DNA of 63,922 nt, filler included, from Asterionella formosa (GCA_002256025.1; 10 parts of 10 records of this genome joined end to end with filler, not necessarily neighbours in it), one strand, 5' to 3'. Counted from the first letter of the whole stretch, positions 1 through 12,194 are shown. Notes: generated by a model from the sequence alone, not told the origin. Program-made: numbers and translations.

Positions 1-451
1 AACACTGGTACTAGTTTCATCCTGTCTTCCATCGTCATGAACCAAGATTATGTACTACCTGTACACTGGTACTCTGGTACTTTGGTACCTGGTACCTGGT
101 ACCATACTGATTTTTATTAAACTGCATGCAGCAGCGTAGATTCAATATAACGTATAAACATGAACCATGAGCATACATGTTGGTGTACTCCTGATTATTT
201 ATGTTTTTTGGTGTTGAGCAGAATCATGTCTACATCCAGTGATGTAGATCTATTATTGATGTTTAAAAGTCATTTTTGTTTTTTTGAAATGGAACTCTGT
301 CAATCTGGTGCCAATTCCTATTTAATTCAAATATTTAAGTGGACACTTAAATTATGGGAATTCACAGTAGGAAACTCCCTGTTCCATGCCGTTTTTACAA
401 CCCTAGCTATATTTTCTCCAAACTAGGGTTAAGCCGGGCTGCAACCTCCTG

Positions 452-517
452 CATATCGATGCACATGTTTATAGGGCTAGGGTTATGTCAATCAGAACTC
501 AATATTGAGAGAACTCG
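452..517 (+). repeat. Diverged fragment related to the ~200-bp solo-LTR family, next to the copia LTR
   Basis: atagggctagggttatgtcaatcagaactcaatattgagagaactcg resembles atagggttagtgttatatc..atcagaactcaataatgagagaattcg at 39468-39519. Confidence 0.5.
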
Positions 518-523
518 TGTGTG

Positions 524-694
524 TGTTGAGAGGGAGAAACGCTTGCAACGGATGCCAGCGGCAGCTACATTAACAAGGAACTGAGATTCTAAAGTAGTAT
601 TTAACTAGCTGTAGAGGGACCAGTACTCACGGGAATTAAGCACTTACAGGAATCTTGGTAGGATATACGGAGTAACCGGTATATGGTACCAACA
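524..694 (-). repeat. 3' LTR (171 bp) of the copia element
   Basis: Starts TGTTG right after the PPT and ends CAACA (5-bp terminal inverted repeat). Confidence 0.8.
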
Positions 695-1547
695 CCCCCC
701 TCAAGTGAGAAAATTCCCATGAGACGGGACAATAATATTGCGGAGGCGGAGAAAATGGGCATCATCTTTATGTTCTTTGGTGAACAGATCAGCAACATTG
801 GTATCCCCTGGGAGGTGGGTGACAAAGATTTCGGAAAAACGGTGAGCGTCGCGCACAGCCATGTTGCGGATATTAATATGCCGCATCTTTTTTGTTAGCA
901 CAGTTGTGGGACCAGTCCACAGCACCTCGGTTGTCATTCCAAAGAGGGGTGGGGAGAGTTACATCAGGCATGTGGAGGTCACTAAGGATATGGCGGATGA
1001 ATTGGGTAACCTTGGTGCCCTCATCTGCAGATTTGATTTCAGATTCGCAGGTACTGCGGCTCACACGAGGTTCACGAATGACATGCCAGGCAATGGGGCC
1101 ACCTGTACGTGTACTGATGGAACCAAGAAGGGAGCAACACTCGGCAAGAGAGATGATGTCGGTGGGGTTGGGTTTGGAAGCATCTTGGGGGCCCCAGTTG
1201 GCATCGGTGTAAGTGGTGAGAGTGGGAGTGTCCTTGGGCCAGCCAAAGGTGGTGGAGAGGTATGAGGAAGCAAATTGCGAGGTAAAGGCAATGCCATGAT
1301 CGGCAGAGCCAGCCAGGTATCGTAACACATACTTGGCACCTAAAAGGTGAGCAGGGGTGGCATAGGAGTTGTGCTGAGCCAGGAGAGTGAGGGCCACAGA
1401 GACATCAGGACGTGTGCTGACAGCCAGCCAATTGAGAGCCCCAATGAGTGACTGGTATTGTGTAATAATGGCCGCGCGAGCTTTGGGGGAAAGTTCAGCA
1501 CCATCAGGCACAATGCGGTCATAGACCAGGCCAGAGCGATAAGGGGT
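524..1547 (-). mobile_element. Ty1/copia (CoDi-like) LTR retrotransposon, 3' end: RT/RNase H, PPT and 3' LTR; truncated at contig end
   Basis: ORF 873-1511 has copia RT-RNaseH motifs (YQSLIGALNWL..TRPD, YTDANW, SRSTCESE, LWNDN). After a frameshift in an A-run near 890 it continues as MRHINIR..NVADLFTK to a stop at 701. PPT GAGGGGGG (695-702) abuts the LTR. Confidence 0.93.
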
Positions 1548-1647
1548 NNNNNNNNNNNNNNNNNNNNNNNNNNNNNNNNNNNNNNNNNNNNTTAATTAAT
1601 TAANNNNNNNNNNNNNNNNNNNNNNNNNNNNNNNNNNNNNNNNNNNN
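1548..1647. other. Artificial contig linker N44-TTAATTAATTAA-N44; also at 3194-3293, 28654-28753, 30300-30399, 31943-32042, 33584-33683, 35229-35328, 36874-36973, 62279-62378
   Basis: Identical 100-bp spacer containing six-frame stops, nine times. Confidence 0.98.
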
Positions 1648-2208
1648 AAAAGTCATTGGATCCTTGCCCTCTCGAACCTCACCCAATCCATCATTGTTTT
1701 CAAGAGCAATAATTCGGAAGAAACCTCGCATTAAATTGCTTAACTCTTGCTCAAAGGTAGCAGAGAAGCCTGTTACATTATGTAGACGAAATAAATTGTA
1801 GATTGCAGATCTTTTGTTTGTTCCATAACCTCTCTTGGACAGCCTCTCTTTTGTACGCCAATGCCGCAATCCTTGCAAGTAGACCATGAAGCCTGATGGT
1901 GTGATCTCGTTTTGCAAAATATCAGGTTCCTCTGCTGTATTTTGTAGCAAAAGGGCAAAGCCTGATTTGATGTGCATACCGCCTTGCCTTGTTCCCATCC
2001 CTTCTGCTTCAATTTCCAGTTGTTGGAGTCGGTTTCTAGCATTTGCTGTGAGCCACCCAGTTTGATGCTCCAAGCACCACCTTGCAAACAGGAGGCTATC
2101 ACCAGCGATGTAAGCCCGCCTTGTTCCACCAGCCACAATATTTTCTATCATCATTTGTTCATTAACATCCTGGAGAGGATGCCCATGAATGGGGACAGTA
2201 TTTGCCAT
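1648..2208 (-). mobile_element. Crypton-like tyrosine-recombinase DNA transposon ORF, N-terminal part (truncated at contig end)
   Basis: Helical core-binding-like region (FMVYL...RSAIYNLFRLH...ELSNLMRGFFR) ending in EGKDPMTF, the motif that precedes the YR domain in stramenopile Crypton proteins. The catalytic domain is not in the contig. Confidence 0.6.
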
Positions 2209-3293
2209 GAGGTAGAGATGCAATGAATGATGAGTATGATGTGGTGTGTGCTTTTGAAATTTCTTGCTTGATGCCAATCCTCAATGAAATCGCCCATAAA
2301 CACATTATACTAATGTAATTTTCATCATATGAATGCATTTTTTTCCTCGCTGAAATTGCCCATACACACATGATACTTTCGTAGTTTGCATCAAAGTGTA
2401 TAAAAAAAGATTCCATAAGGACAACCACTGCCAATGTAAAATGCCATGAGAAAATGACTACCGGAGAAAAACGGCCATTTGTCCGGTATTCCCCTCTAAT
2501 GATCAAACTTCACTCCAAGTTCAAAATAGATGTGCTAGATATACCGTGTGAAACTATAAACTGGGAATGAACTGAAGTTCAGACATTGGTCGAAAAACCG
2601 GCCTACTGTCCGAACATTTCTACGAAAATCAGCGTAAGTGTCCGGTAGATGTCTGATGATGAAGACCTTTCTCTGGAGACGAGTGATCTAGTTTCCGTAT
2701 TGAAGGGTAATTATGCTGGCGAAATCGGCCAGTTTTTATGCTTCATGAAGGCCAAAGCGTTGGTCAATGTGTACGACAGGGTCTCCAATAAATCAGTTCT
2801 CGAACATGCCTGGAAGCCTTCCGAAATCAAGAAAATCGTTCCTTGGGACAATACTTCTCCTTTACCTGAATACTTCGAATCCGTTTTTGAGGATGAATTC
2901 TGGATTTTGCTGAAGCCATGAAAGCTGTGTCTTACATCATGGAAGATGATACAATGCTCCAGATTTCTGGTGTTCCACCTGATAAGGTATTTGTGTTAAA
3001 CTTGTCCTTTCTGCCAGACACCGTTTTTTCGACCAAAAACTGTCCTTTCCTGGACTTCGGCCAACAGCAGATTATGGGTCAAGTCGGTACAGATCAGGCG
3101 AATTGGTCGCTTATCAGGGCTTCTTTCCGGACAAAGAGGATCCTTGCCGAATGCTTCAGGCAGATGACAGGCGGGGCAATGTCGTTGGTTCTTNNNNNNN
3201 NNNNNNNNNNNNNNNNNNNNNNNNNNNNNNNNNNNNNTTAATTAATTAANNNNNNNNNNNNNNNNNNNNNNNNNNNNNNNNNNNNNNNNNNNN

Positions 3294-3481
3294 TAACTAG
3301 AAGTAGTAGTATTTGTTGAATATATGAGCTTATTTGTTAATCCTTGTGTGTAACTCGTTCTCCAAGTCGACACCAAAGTATACAATGAGGGTTAGTCGAG
3401 TTCTCTCATTATTGAGTTCTTATACATACATGATATAACACTAACCCTATATACATCTGTATTGATGCGCAAGATCGCTCA
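3294..3481 (-). mobile_element. LTR of the ~200-bp solo-LTR family, copy 1 (far end cut by contig edge)
   Basis: Reverse complement of 25549-25756 and 39437-39633; starts TGAGCGATC; flanked by ccaggtac. Confidence 0.85.
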
Positions 3482-3663
3482 CCAGGTACGGTTTTCAATT
3501 TCGATACTATTGTACATATTATTCACATCTATAAAATGAATTGTTAGCAGGTAGGTTAAAAAAAATTCTATTTCATGCATGGAATATGTACGGGTATGTG
3601 GAATGATGGATGGTTTCAGAGTAGAAAAGTTGTAAACAATCAAATCCACCATCATCATTTGCT

Positions 3664-4455
3664 ATGAAGTCTATCCTCTTCATTTCCTCCTTTCTCAGCA
3701 TTGTTGCCACCGCATTTGCTGCACGACTTACACTTGACAATTGGGAAGCTGAAACCAACGGAAAGAGTGTTTTCATCCTCTTTGAAGATTCGTCACAAGA
3801 CGACTCGCAAACCAGAAAGCCCGACTGGGACAAGCTAGTGGAAACATTTACTGGTTCCGTCTATCAAATGGTCACTGTGGTTGACTGCTTCGACGAGGAA
3901 TCTATGTCTCTCTGTAGTACTCAAAATATCCAGAGATACCCTACAATTAAGTGGGGAGACCCATTATATGATTTGAATAACTACGAAGGTGAAGGAGACT
4001 ATGATTCTCTCGCGACGTTTGCCAAAGACAACCTAAAGCTACTTTGTTCACCTTCCAACATAAATATGTGTGACAACGAGCGGAAGGAAAGAATTAGTGA
4101 ACTTCTTGCGCTTGATGCGGAAGAACTTCAAAGGAGGATTGATGCCGAAGAGAAGACATTTGAAGATGCAACTGCCGACTTTTTTGACGCTATTGACAAG
4201 CTGCAGGACGAAGTAGAGGCAATGACTGAGACTGTCGCAATTCTTTCAGAGATTTATGGAGATGATGATAAAAAGGTCAAAGATGCTGAAGATGCCCAAC
4301 TTGACAGTGTCTACATGCTGCAAGGCAAGTTGCAAAAGGCTTCTGAGGACCATGTGGCGAAGATGGCTGCCCTGACCAAGGCTTCTGATCTTAGACTCAT
4401 GAAATCGATCGCTGCTGGTATTGATAAGCGGGACGGCACAAATGATGAGTTTTAA
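3664..4455 (+). CDS. ER/secretory thioredoxin-fold (PDI-like) protein with coiled-coil tail; CxxC absent
   Basis: Signal peptide; GKSVFILF...KPDWDKL, VDC..LC...IQRYPTIKWG, YEGEGDY match the PDI a-domain; C-terminal NDEF resembles an ER-retention signal. Confidence 0.85.
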   Translation: MKSILFISSFLSIVATAFAARLTLDNWEAETNGKSVFILFEDSSQDDSQTRKPDWDKLVETFTGSVYQMVTVVDCFDEESMSLCSTQNIQRYPTIKWGDPLYDLNNYEGEGDYDSLATFAKDNLKLLCSPSNINMCDNERKERISELLALDAEELQRRIDAEEKTFEDATADFFDAIDKLQDEVEAMTETVAILSEIYGDDDKKVKDAEDAQLDSVYMLQGKLQKASEDHVAKMAALTKASDLRLMKSIAAGIDKRDGTNDEF

Positions 4456-5766
4456 ATTTGGTGGGTTCAGATGTGCAGAGAAACAACGTTTAGAGTTCTG
4501 CCGTCTAGCGACTTTTTTGATTTCCCTTCAATTGTCTGAGTTTTTAACGAGCATGGTTCCAGAACGGATTGTCTGGACGTCTTAAATTCTGCTTCAATCC
4601 TCTTGTACATTCTAATTTCTCCAGGATTCGGAAAGGACGATACAACTACTTGTCATTAAATAGACTATACACACACTCACACAGTAGCTAATGAAACTGT
4701 GTTACCTTATCTTCCTATATTTATGATGTAATCATGCTGAGTATCGAGCACACAATCTTAGATCCAACCAGTTTATACTGTAGAAAATTGGCACCTCATC
4801 CGTATCAACTACAGAGAGAGAACATCAAATAAATGAATTGATGGGGATAGTTGTTCTTGATCTGTACCTAAGCAAACATATCCATACCTGTAAATATATG
4901 CAAAACAGCAGGATTTACTAAATATTCCAAATTTACGTTTACTAAACATATTTGTTATATTCAAAATTAGTCTCGATGCATAAGCAATCTGATAGTCAAG
5001 ATCTTTGGTCTCTACAACTTTAACAGTGATATGGTTACTATGATATGGTGGCCACTGTATAACAATTAGAGGTACAGTAGGGATAAACTCAATCTAGTCA
5101 ATGACTACATAGGTCCCTGGTACTCTGGAGAAGTTACCAGTGCCCCCTTGAGCAATACTTGTATCTAGACCTAAATGAGGGGTGCTGTACACCATAGTTA
5201 TTAGCAGTTTCCCAGGTTCACACCGGTATACCCACTAGACCATGTGCCAGCATGTGTACATACCTGTAAATTGTATGTAGTGCATTTATTTTTGACAAAA
5301 TCATAGGCGAACACATATACCGGTATTATTAATCAACACGTTGAATAGCTATACCGTATACGGTTGGCGATATTTGCTTAGAGCTCTTACGTTGACAAAT
5401 GCGCATAGACTATAAACACTTGCAGAATGGATATAACTACCGGGTAGCGGATACCGGCATGCACATACCGGTAGAGCAAAATATACACTGGCAACACCAG
5501 CCGCTCGATCGGATGTAATATACCTGGATATATCGGCATGTGTATTTATGGAACGGTACCTGGTACCTGGTACCGGTACTACTGTCCGACATCATACCGT
5601 ATTGTTATTCGCTAACACACATTACAATGTGCTTCGTCAGTTGATTGGACTACATAATAGGACTTTACGGTCGTACAGATTCTTGCTGTATAAAAAGCAC
5701 AACCTCACATCTTACGTTTTGTCATCTCGTTGCTACGTTGAGGGTCTTCGAGGTGCCTCAAATCGA

Positions 5767-7038
5767 ATGCAGTTGAGAAGAGCAACATTGCTTTTGGGAG
5801 GCTCTTTGGTAAACTTCATTTATTCGATTAAAAGCTTTCCATTTCATCCTGCGCGCAATATTTGTTCCACCAAGATGCCAGTGACACGTCGCCAAGCGGG
5901 GCGAAAAAGCCTAGGAATTTCACTCGTCACAGTGTCAGCCATGAGTCACATCACACCAAATGGAGCACGACGGTCTTTGACAAAATTGCTTGAAAGGACT
6001 GTGAAATCAGAGGAGATATCGTCAAGCAACACCAGAAAAACATCTCAAGGTGAGAATGGTGTAGGCAGTAGGAGCGATGCCAAAGACCCGTCGACGCCGG
6101 ACACCAACAAGGACATTTCGACAGCCAAGATCTCCCGAAAACGAAAGACCAAGATAGAACCTGATTCCATTGATTTAGTCACGCAAGATATCAGAAAGCA
6201 AGGGAAAGTGCCAAGTCCAAAGTCCCCGCGAAAGTTAAAGCCTGAACCTGGTTCAGTGAAACCTCCCAACGGATGGGAGGATATTTATTCTCTAGTTGAA
6301 GAGCTTCGACAGGATAAATCGGCACCTGTAGATGCTGATGGAGGGGAATCTTTGCCTCAACGTGATCTTGGTGACAAGGTTTACAGATTTCAAGTGTTGG
6401 TGGCCTTGATGTTAAGCTCGCAGACAAAGGATGCAGTCGTTGGGGAAGCCATTAGAAATTTGCAGAAGCACGGACTAACTGTTGAGAATATCTCGGAAAC
6501 CTCTCCAGAAAAGCTCGATGAATTAATACGCCGAGTTGGGTTTCATAATAACAAGACCAAGTACATCAAAGAAGTCGTTGAAGTATTGATATCAAAGTAT
6601 GATGGGGATATTCCAAGTAATGCCCAAGAAATGATGACGCTAGCCGGAGTTGGACCGAAGATGGCATTTATCGTGGAAAATATAGCCTGGAACAAGTGCT
6701 CCGGAATTGGAGTTGATACTCATATGCATCGAATGTTTAATGATCTGAATTGGGTTTCGAGTAAAAATCCCGAGCAGACTCGAATCCAGTTGGAGGCATG
6801 GCTACCCAAGGACAAGTGGACCACGATCAACTATCTTTGGGTCGGGTTTGGGCAGGAAGTTCAACAGTTCAAACCGAAGATGCTGCAAAAAGCGCTGGAA
6901 TGCAGTAGGCCTTTGGAGGCGCTCAAGCTGATCAAACAATTAGGATTGGACTACAGGAAAGAAGCAGCAAAGTTGGGTATAGAAGAGAAAATTAACGAAG
7001 TTCTGTCGTCTAGAACTATCAGTGTCAAACTAGAGTGA
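5767..7038 (+). CDS. NTH1: Endonuclease III homolog (HhH-GPD DNA glycosylase/AP lyase)
   Basis: RFQVLVALMLSSQTKD, VGFHNNK, HhH LAGVGPKMA, GIGVDTHMHR, LWVGFGQ. Start placed at ATG 5767 because the upstream ORF extension runs through GGTACC repeats. Confidence 0.92.
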   Translation: MQLRRATLLLGGSLVNFIYSIKSFPFHPARNICSTKMPVTRRQAGRKSLGISLVTVSAMSHITPNGARRSLTKLLERTVKSEEISSSNTRKTSQGENGVGSRSDAKDPSTPDTNKDISTAKISRKRKTKIEPDSIDLVTQDIRKQGKVPSPKSPRKLKPEPGSVKPPNGWEDIYSLVEELRQDKSAPVDADGGESLPQRDLGDKVYRFQVLVALMLSSQTKDAVVGEAIRNLQKHGLTVENISETSPEKLDELIRRVGFHNNKTKYIKEVVEVLISKYDGDIPSNAQEMMTLAGVGPKMAFIVENIAWNKCSGIGVDTHMHRMFNDLNWVSSKNPEQTRIQLEAWLPKDKWTTINYLWVGFGQEVQQFKPKMLQKALECSRPLEALKLIKQLGLDYRKEAAKLGIEEKINEVLSSRTISVKLE

Positions 7039-8357
7039 AAGCTAACAATGGTGGCAGCAGGATGCTGTGCAAATCCAGTAACTGTAGCCATTATGCCAAG
7101 CTTGGACAAAGGAACTTGACACCATAATTTTGAGTGAAGACTTGGATATCATTCTCCCTTCATTTCTTCGCTGCCATTCTGTCATTTCTGCTTTTTTCCA
7201 TTATATGTTTTGACATGAAAGTGCTTTTATTTTAACTGTTAATTGATTGATATATATTTAAGGATGCATTTTTGAGGCTTGCCTGGTGTGGAGATTGTTG
7301 GGTTGCACTGGGCGCAAAACGCCTGGTTCGAAAACAATAGCTTAAGCAAGAGAGCCAGGCAAGCGTGGGAGGTGTGACAGATAAGATATTGGTAAATTGT
7401 GCCTTGGTGGCATTGATCTTGGCGTATTTGGGGCACCAGGAGGAGTTGGCCAGCTTGTTATAGGGCTGACCATGCTGTCATGGCAGAGATGGAGTGAGTA
7501 AATCTTCAAGATAGAGGGAGACCAAAGAGCTGGCTGCATTTGTCTGAAAGGACAAGAGGTTGATTCTGGTAAGCTACTGGAAGCCAGGTGCAGCTGAGAC
7601 TAAGTTGTCATTGCTTTTGGGCTGAGGAGTGTTGCCATAACCTGCATCATTGCAGTGATTCCACTGTTTCATTGCATAGGCTCAGAGGGAATGTATGAGT
7701 TGACCTAGCCATTGAGAGGAGGAGCTGTAGGACTGATCAGGGTATTTGATGGCATAGTACCTGGTACCTGGTACCAGTGTGGTCATGGTGATGTCCCATG
7801 GGGTGCTGATATATCAATAAATATTCTTAGACAGGGCTGTATGTATAAATGTTGACATTGCGGAATCATGGCGTCATTGTTACTTGATGATGTCGAACCT
7901 CACATTCCTCTCGAAGTGGCGACTCTTCTTAATAATTGGCACGTATACATATGTACCATACTATACATACGTATCAGTTCTCCCAAATTGAGCTATAACA
8001 TACCGGTACCGGTACTGCCTAGGCCTATATGTGGTGGTACATATGACATAAACTAAACATATTTTGCTGTAGAATCTATGTAGTAAATCTTTGATGAAAC
8101 GATACAACACATAGCTAAGGTATATACATAGATTTTTGGCAAGGAAATTTTTTTATATAAACGAAAAGAAAGATCCGAAATCTTTGGGGAAGTTTCGGTG
8201 ATCCTGTTGCAAACGAGCGACAGGATCATTCTCTTTCTTTTCTTCGTTTTGATCACCATCCGCACAAATATGTGAGGCCTATTTAGTCACTACCCTTTCG
8301 AACATTGCTTATGACAAAACGCGAGCTCTATATTGTCGCCAGCAGAAGAAAGAACAA

Positions 8358-9941
8358 ATGTTCGAAGTGGTGTCCAGGATCTATTCGGGGCTCGACGGAT
8401 TCTTTTTGCTTACCGAACGTGGCACGAATGTTACCACAGAGATTCGGGCTGGAGTCGCGGCTTTTCTAACCCTCAGCTATTTGCTGTTAGTCAATCCACA
8501 AATCATGGCCAAGGCTGGCGTACCTCATGATGATGCAGTCTTTGCGACAGCGTTGTCGTCAGCTGTCGCCTGTTTTGTGGTGGGAATTGGAGGAAATCTT
8601 CCTTTTGGACTCGCACCAGGTCTTGGATTGTCAGCGTATCTGACATATGGACTTGTGCAGTCTGGTCTAACGACTGTCGAAGAAGCTCTCACTGCAAGTT
8701 TCGCTAGTGGAATCTTCCTTTTACTTTTCGCCATTTCCGGTTTAGCTCACTTCATTATGAATATCGTTCCCAAATCCATCAAGGTAAGGTCAGTCCACAT
8801 GCAAGGCGCAATAAAATGCACGACTAACGGCTTTAATGGATGATGATTTTGCTATGCAGCTTGGAATCGTAGTAGGTATGGGGATATTGATTGCTATGAT
8901 TGGAATGGTATCAGTGGACTTAATTGTTGCCAACCCGAAAACTTTGGTTCAACTGGGAGACTTGACTACCTGGAACATGCAGCTTGTTCTAGTAGGGACA
9001 ATTTTGGTTGCGTCCCTAATTCACCATGATGTGAAGGGAGGCATTCTGATAGGTATCACCCTGCTAATGCTTGTTGTCTGGACAGTTGACAATTCGTTTC
9101 CGTCAACTATCGTGAGTATTCCATCATTGGACCGACCACTTGGTGGATGGTTGAAAATAGATGCTTTATGGGATTGGGAATTGGCGCCCACCCTATACTC
9201 TGCAGTCGGTACTTTCCTTCTGATATGTTTATTTGATGTTTCTGGTGTTATGTTCGGTCTTGCCTCGGTACGTGGACGAGTGATATGTGCGAAATAGTGT
9301 ATGATATGGTCAATCAATTGAATTTTGGTTGTTTCAAAAACTGATCCTATACATATTATGCCCTCCAATTCTTTCAGTTGTCAGGCCTCCTTCAGGAGGA
9401 TGGGACCATTCCTGGGTCGCTTTGGGCATTTCTTGCTTCATCTGCCGGAACTATAGTGGCGGGTCTCATGGGGTCCACTCCCATAATTGTCACAGTAGAA
9501 TGTGCTTCTGGTGTAAAAGAAGGTGGTCGGACTGGCCTTTCCGCCTGTGTCATTGGCCTACTATTTTCTATCTCTCTCTTTTTGGCGCCTCTTTTTGGAT
9601 CTGTGCCAGAAGAAGCAACAGCACCTGTGCTTATCCTCATAGGAGCTATGATGATGGGCGAATCGGGAAAGATTGATTGGGAACACATGCACGAGACACT
9701 ACCTGCTTTCTTGACTATAGTCATGATGCCATTGACATACTCCATCACTAATGGAATGTTATTTGGGATGGGAGCATCAGCCGCTTTTTATTTCACAACA
9801 GGCAACATTTTTAGGGATGGAGTGCAAGTCTTGAAAAAATATGTTGAGAATGGAGAGGTCGATCGCCCACTATTGGACGACAATGAGTTGGGCGAACGGG
9901 CCATCGCCACAACGTACGGTTCCGTTGAAACAAAAGATTGA
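8358..9941 (+). CDS. AzgA-family (NCS2-like) adenine/guanine permease; exons 8358-8783, 8860-9267, 9378-9941
   Basis: ERGT..TEIRAG..FLT.SY...NP, APGLGL.AY, ECASGVKEGGRTGL, PLTYSI.NG motifs; two phase-0 GT-AG introns join the three ORFs in frame. Confidence 0.93.
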
Positions 9942-10234
9942 AGACCTACAGTATCTGAGATCTTGTACATGTCTTGACATTATGGAGGTAAATTTATTGG
10001 TTAAAATAAATCTTTATTACATAACTGCAATAGTCTACTCCTGGTCTTGCACAAGTATATATTATGGCGCAGAGCACCATGGCGGCGATGAACACAGTGA
10101 ATGTATAAGCGACTTGCTCGAAATGTTGCAAACCAAAAAAGCTTTCACGAAGGAGTCAAAAATATGGGGGAAATGGCTTCAAAAGGTTGTGAGATGTCTA
10201 CCACTAATAAAATATACAAATGTGGTAAATACTG

Positions 10235-11530
10235 TCACGATTTGGATGTCAATCTTGCTTGCCGAAACCACTGTTCCTCCTGATGCTTAACCATTTTCTG
10301 TAGCCAGTCGGGTTCCTCCATAGTCACTGTCAAGTTTATCCCTGTCCTTGGATGTGGCAACGTAATTTCTATAGCCCAGAGACAAAGTCGAATGTGTGGA
10401 TTTTCCTCTATTGTGGTGTCCAAGAGAATATCTACTTTGTCTCGTTTGTCATCGGTATTACTCGGCAATGTCGGAAGTAAATGTGTCTGCTGCTTGGGAT
10501 AGCGCGCATACCGTTTATCCCCCCAAATAGCATGGCCAACATGCCTCATATGCTTTCTTAATTGATGTTTCCGACCAGTGACGGGGTACAGGTCCACCGT
10601 AGTGATCCAACCATGGTCTGCCATTGGGTCAGCACTTCGAGTATATGCCACCACCTGAAAGCGCGTTTCCGCTGACCTACCTCCCATTTCTTCTACAATT
10701 ACGCCCTCTTCCCTTTCCAGCTTCCCAAAGACAAGAGCCCTATATCTTTTACTACATTTGCGGTTCATGAAACACGTTCTCAACTTCGATTCCATCTCCT
10801 TGGACTTTGCCACAACTAACAAACCTCCTGTCATAGCGTCGAGACGGTGAACAGGAACTGGTTTGAGCTTTCCATCATTCGACGCAAGAGGCATGAGCAA
10901 ATCCGACTTTTGCAATGTCATTCCATCGTCTCCCATTACGGAAATCCCCTGGGGCTTGTCCACAATGACCATGTCGTTGTCTTGGTACAGAACACGAAGC
11001 GGCGAGTGCCAGACGGACGTGGTGTCGATGGTTCTGTGCACGGCATGAATGTGCGTTTCGATGCTAGCACGAGTCGTAAATGTCTTGCGACAAGAGGCAC
11101 AAATGATGCACTTTGGTCCATCAAAGAGCTTTCCGTTTGATTCGTTTGATAGATTGGCCCATGATTGGAGCACAAGGCGCCACTTTGCCCCTTTGTCAGA
11201 ACCATTGCAACCACTGCCAGAAGTGGCACAGATATTGACACGCAGAGACGTATCTTTGGACAAATACATTAACCGTCCATATTGCAACGACTTGAGACTT
11301 TCTTTTTGATGAAATAAGGGCAGACTGTGCGAACACGGTGCCGAGGATTCGTCGACGGACACTTCCAGGACGGCTCGTAGCTCGTCCTGGAAGTCACTAC
11401 CGGTAGGCGGATTCAAAGGTTCGAAACAAAAGCCATACCATCCACTGGCTTCCACTGCTAAGGATGCCGCTTCGCTTCGACTCGCTTTATTGGCAGTCAC
11501 AGTGATGGACGTCTCGGCATGGCTCGACAT
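10235..11530 (-). CDS. RluA-family RNA pseudouridine synthase with a C2H2 zinc finger
   Basis: VDKPQG, PVHRLD (catalytic Asp), TGRKHQLRKH, GDKRY; CASC-x12-HIHAVH upstream of the catalytic domain. Confidence 0.92.
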   Translation of the reverse strand: MSSHAETSITVTANKASRSEAASLAVEASGWYGFCFEPLNPPTGSDFQDELRAVLEVSVDESSAPCSHSLPLFHQKESLKSLQYGRLMYLSKDTSLRVNICATSGSGCNGSDKGAKWRLVLQSWANLSNESNGKLFDGPKCIICASCRKTFTTRASIETHIHAVHRTIDTTSVWHSPLRVLYQDNDMVIVDKPQGISVMGDDGMTLQKSDLLMPLASNDGKLKPVPVHRLDAMTGGLLVVAKSKEMESKLRTCFMNRKCSKRYRALVFGKLEREEGVIVEEMGGRSAETRFQVVAYTRSADPMADHGWITTVDLYPVTGRKHQLRKHMRHVGHAIWGDKRYARYPKQQTHLLPTLPSNTDDKRDKVDILLDTTIEENPHIRLCLWAIEITLPHPRTGINLTVTMEEPDWLQKMVKHQEEQWFRQARLTSKS

Positions 11531-12194
11531 GATGATCAACGTCGCGGCAGCATAAAGCCATTGTCAGTTTTGTTGCACACAAGGGCGTAACATTTTATAA
11601 ATATCGGTAGACTGTTAGGTAAACACTATCATATCGTAGTTTTTTCGAGGAATACAATATATTGAAAAAATGTATAGACTAATACAGTGTATTACTTCAT
11701 TCATATGATTTGACACCATCGATTTTGAGCGGCTCTTCCACGCTTGCTTCCATGGCTGGTACCTGGTGGTGTGAGTACCAGGTGCCTGGAACCCTAATCC
11801 GAGTACATACCTGGTACCCGGTACCTGGTACCTGATACTGTATACATACCGGTGCTCCTGAGTACGAATTGAGATTATTTTACGGGGATGGCACAGCATC
11901 CATTCGCTTGACAACTACCAGCTACCATTACCTGGTACCGTAAACCACCGGTATAATACCGGAATTACGGTAAGCTACATACCCTGGTCCTACTAGCGGT
12001 ATACTACATATGAGGTATGTTACTAGTTTTCTACTTCGGCTTCAAAATATATTAGTATACAACGATTTTAATAAACTCTCGGCTTGCATTTCCTTCTATA
12101 ATGCAACTTTAATACATGTACTACCGGTATTAGTTAGTTCCGACATTTATGTTTCACACATTTGCTTTTATCATCCGCAGCGCAACACAAGAAC

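Noticed and set aside
1592..1603. TTAATTAATTAA as a biological motif
   Set aside because: Always centred in a 100-bp N spacer; it is an artificial six-frame stop linker.
2649..3193. Two overlapping ORFs suggesting a frameshifted gene
   Set aside because: Truncated by the contig end and no motif recognised; cannot be assigned.
5548..5766. N-terminal ORF extension of NTH1, and other short ORFs containing YLVPGT/YQVPGT
   Set aside because: These peptides are translations of the GGTACCW arrays, not real coding sequence.
11757..11835. CCWGG/GGTACC density as evidence of a Dcm- or KpnI-like restriction-modification system
   Set aside because: No methyltransferase or nuclease gene is present, and the TA-bounded insertion evidence fits transposon footprints better.
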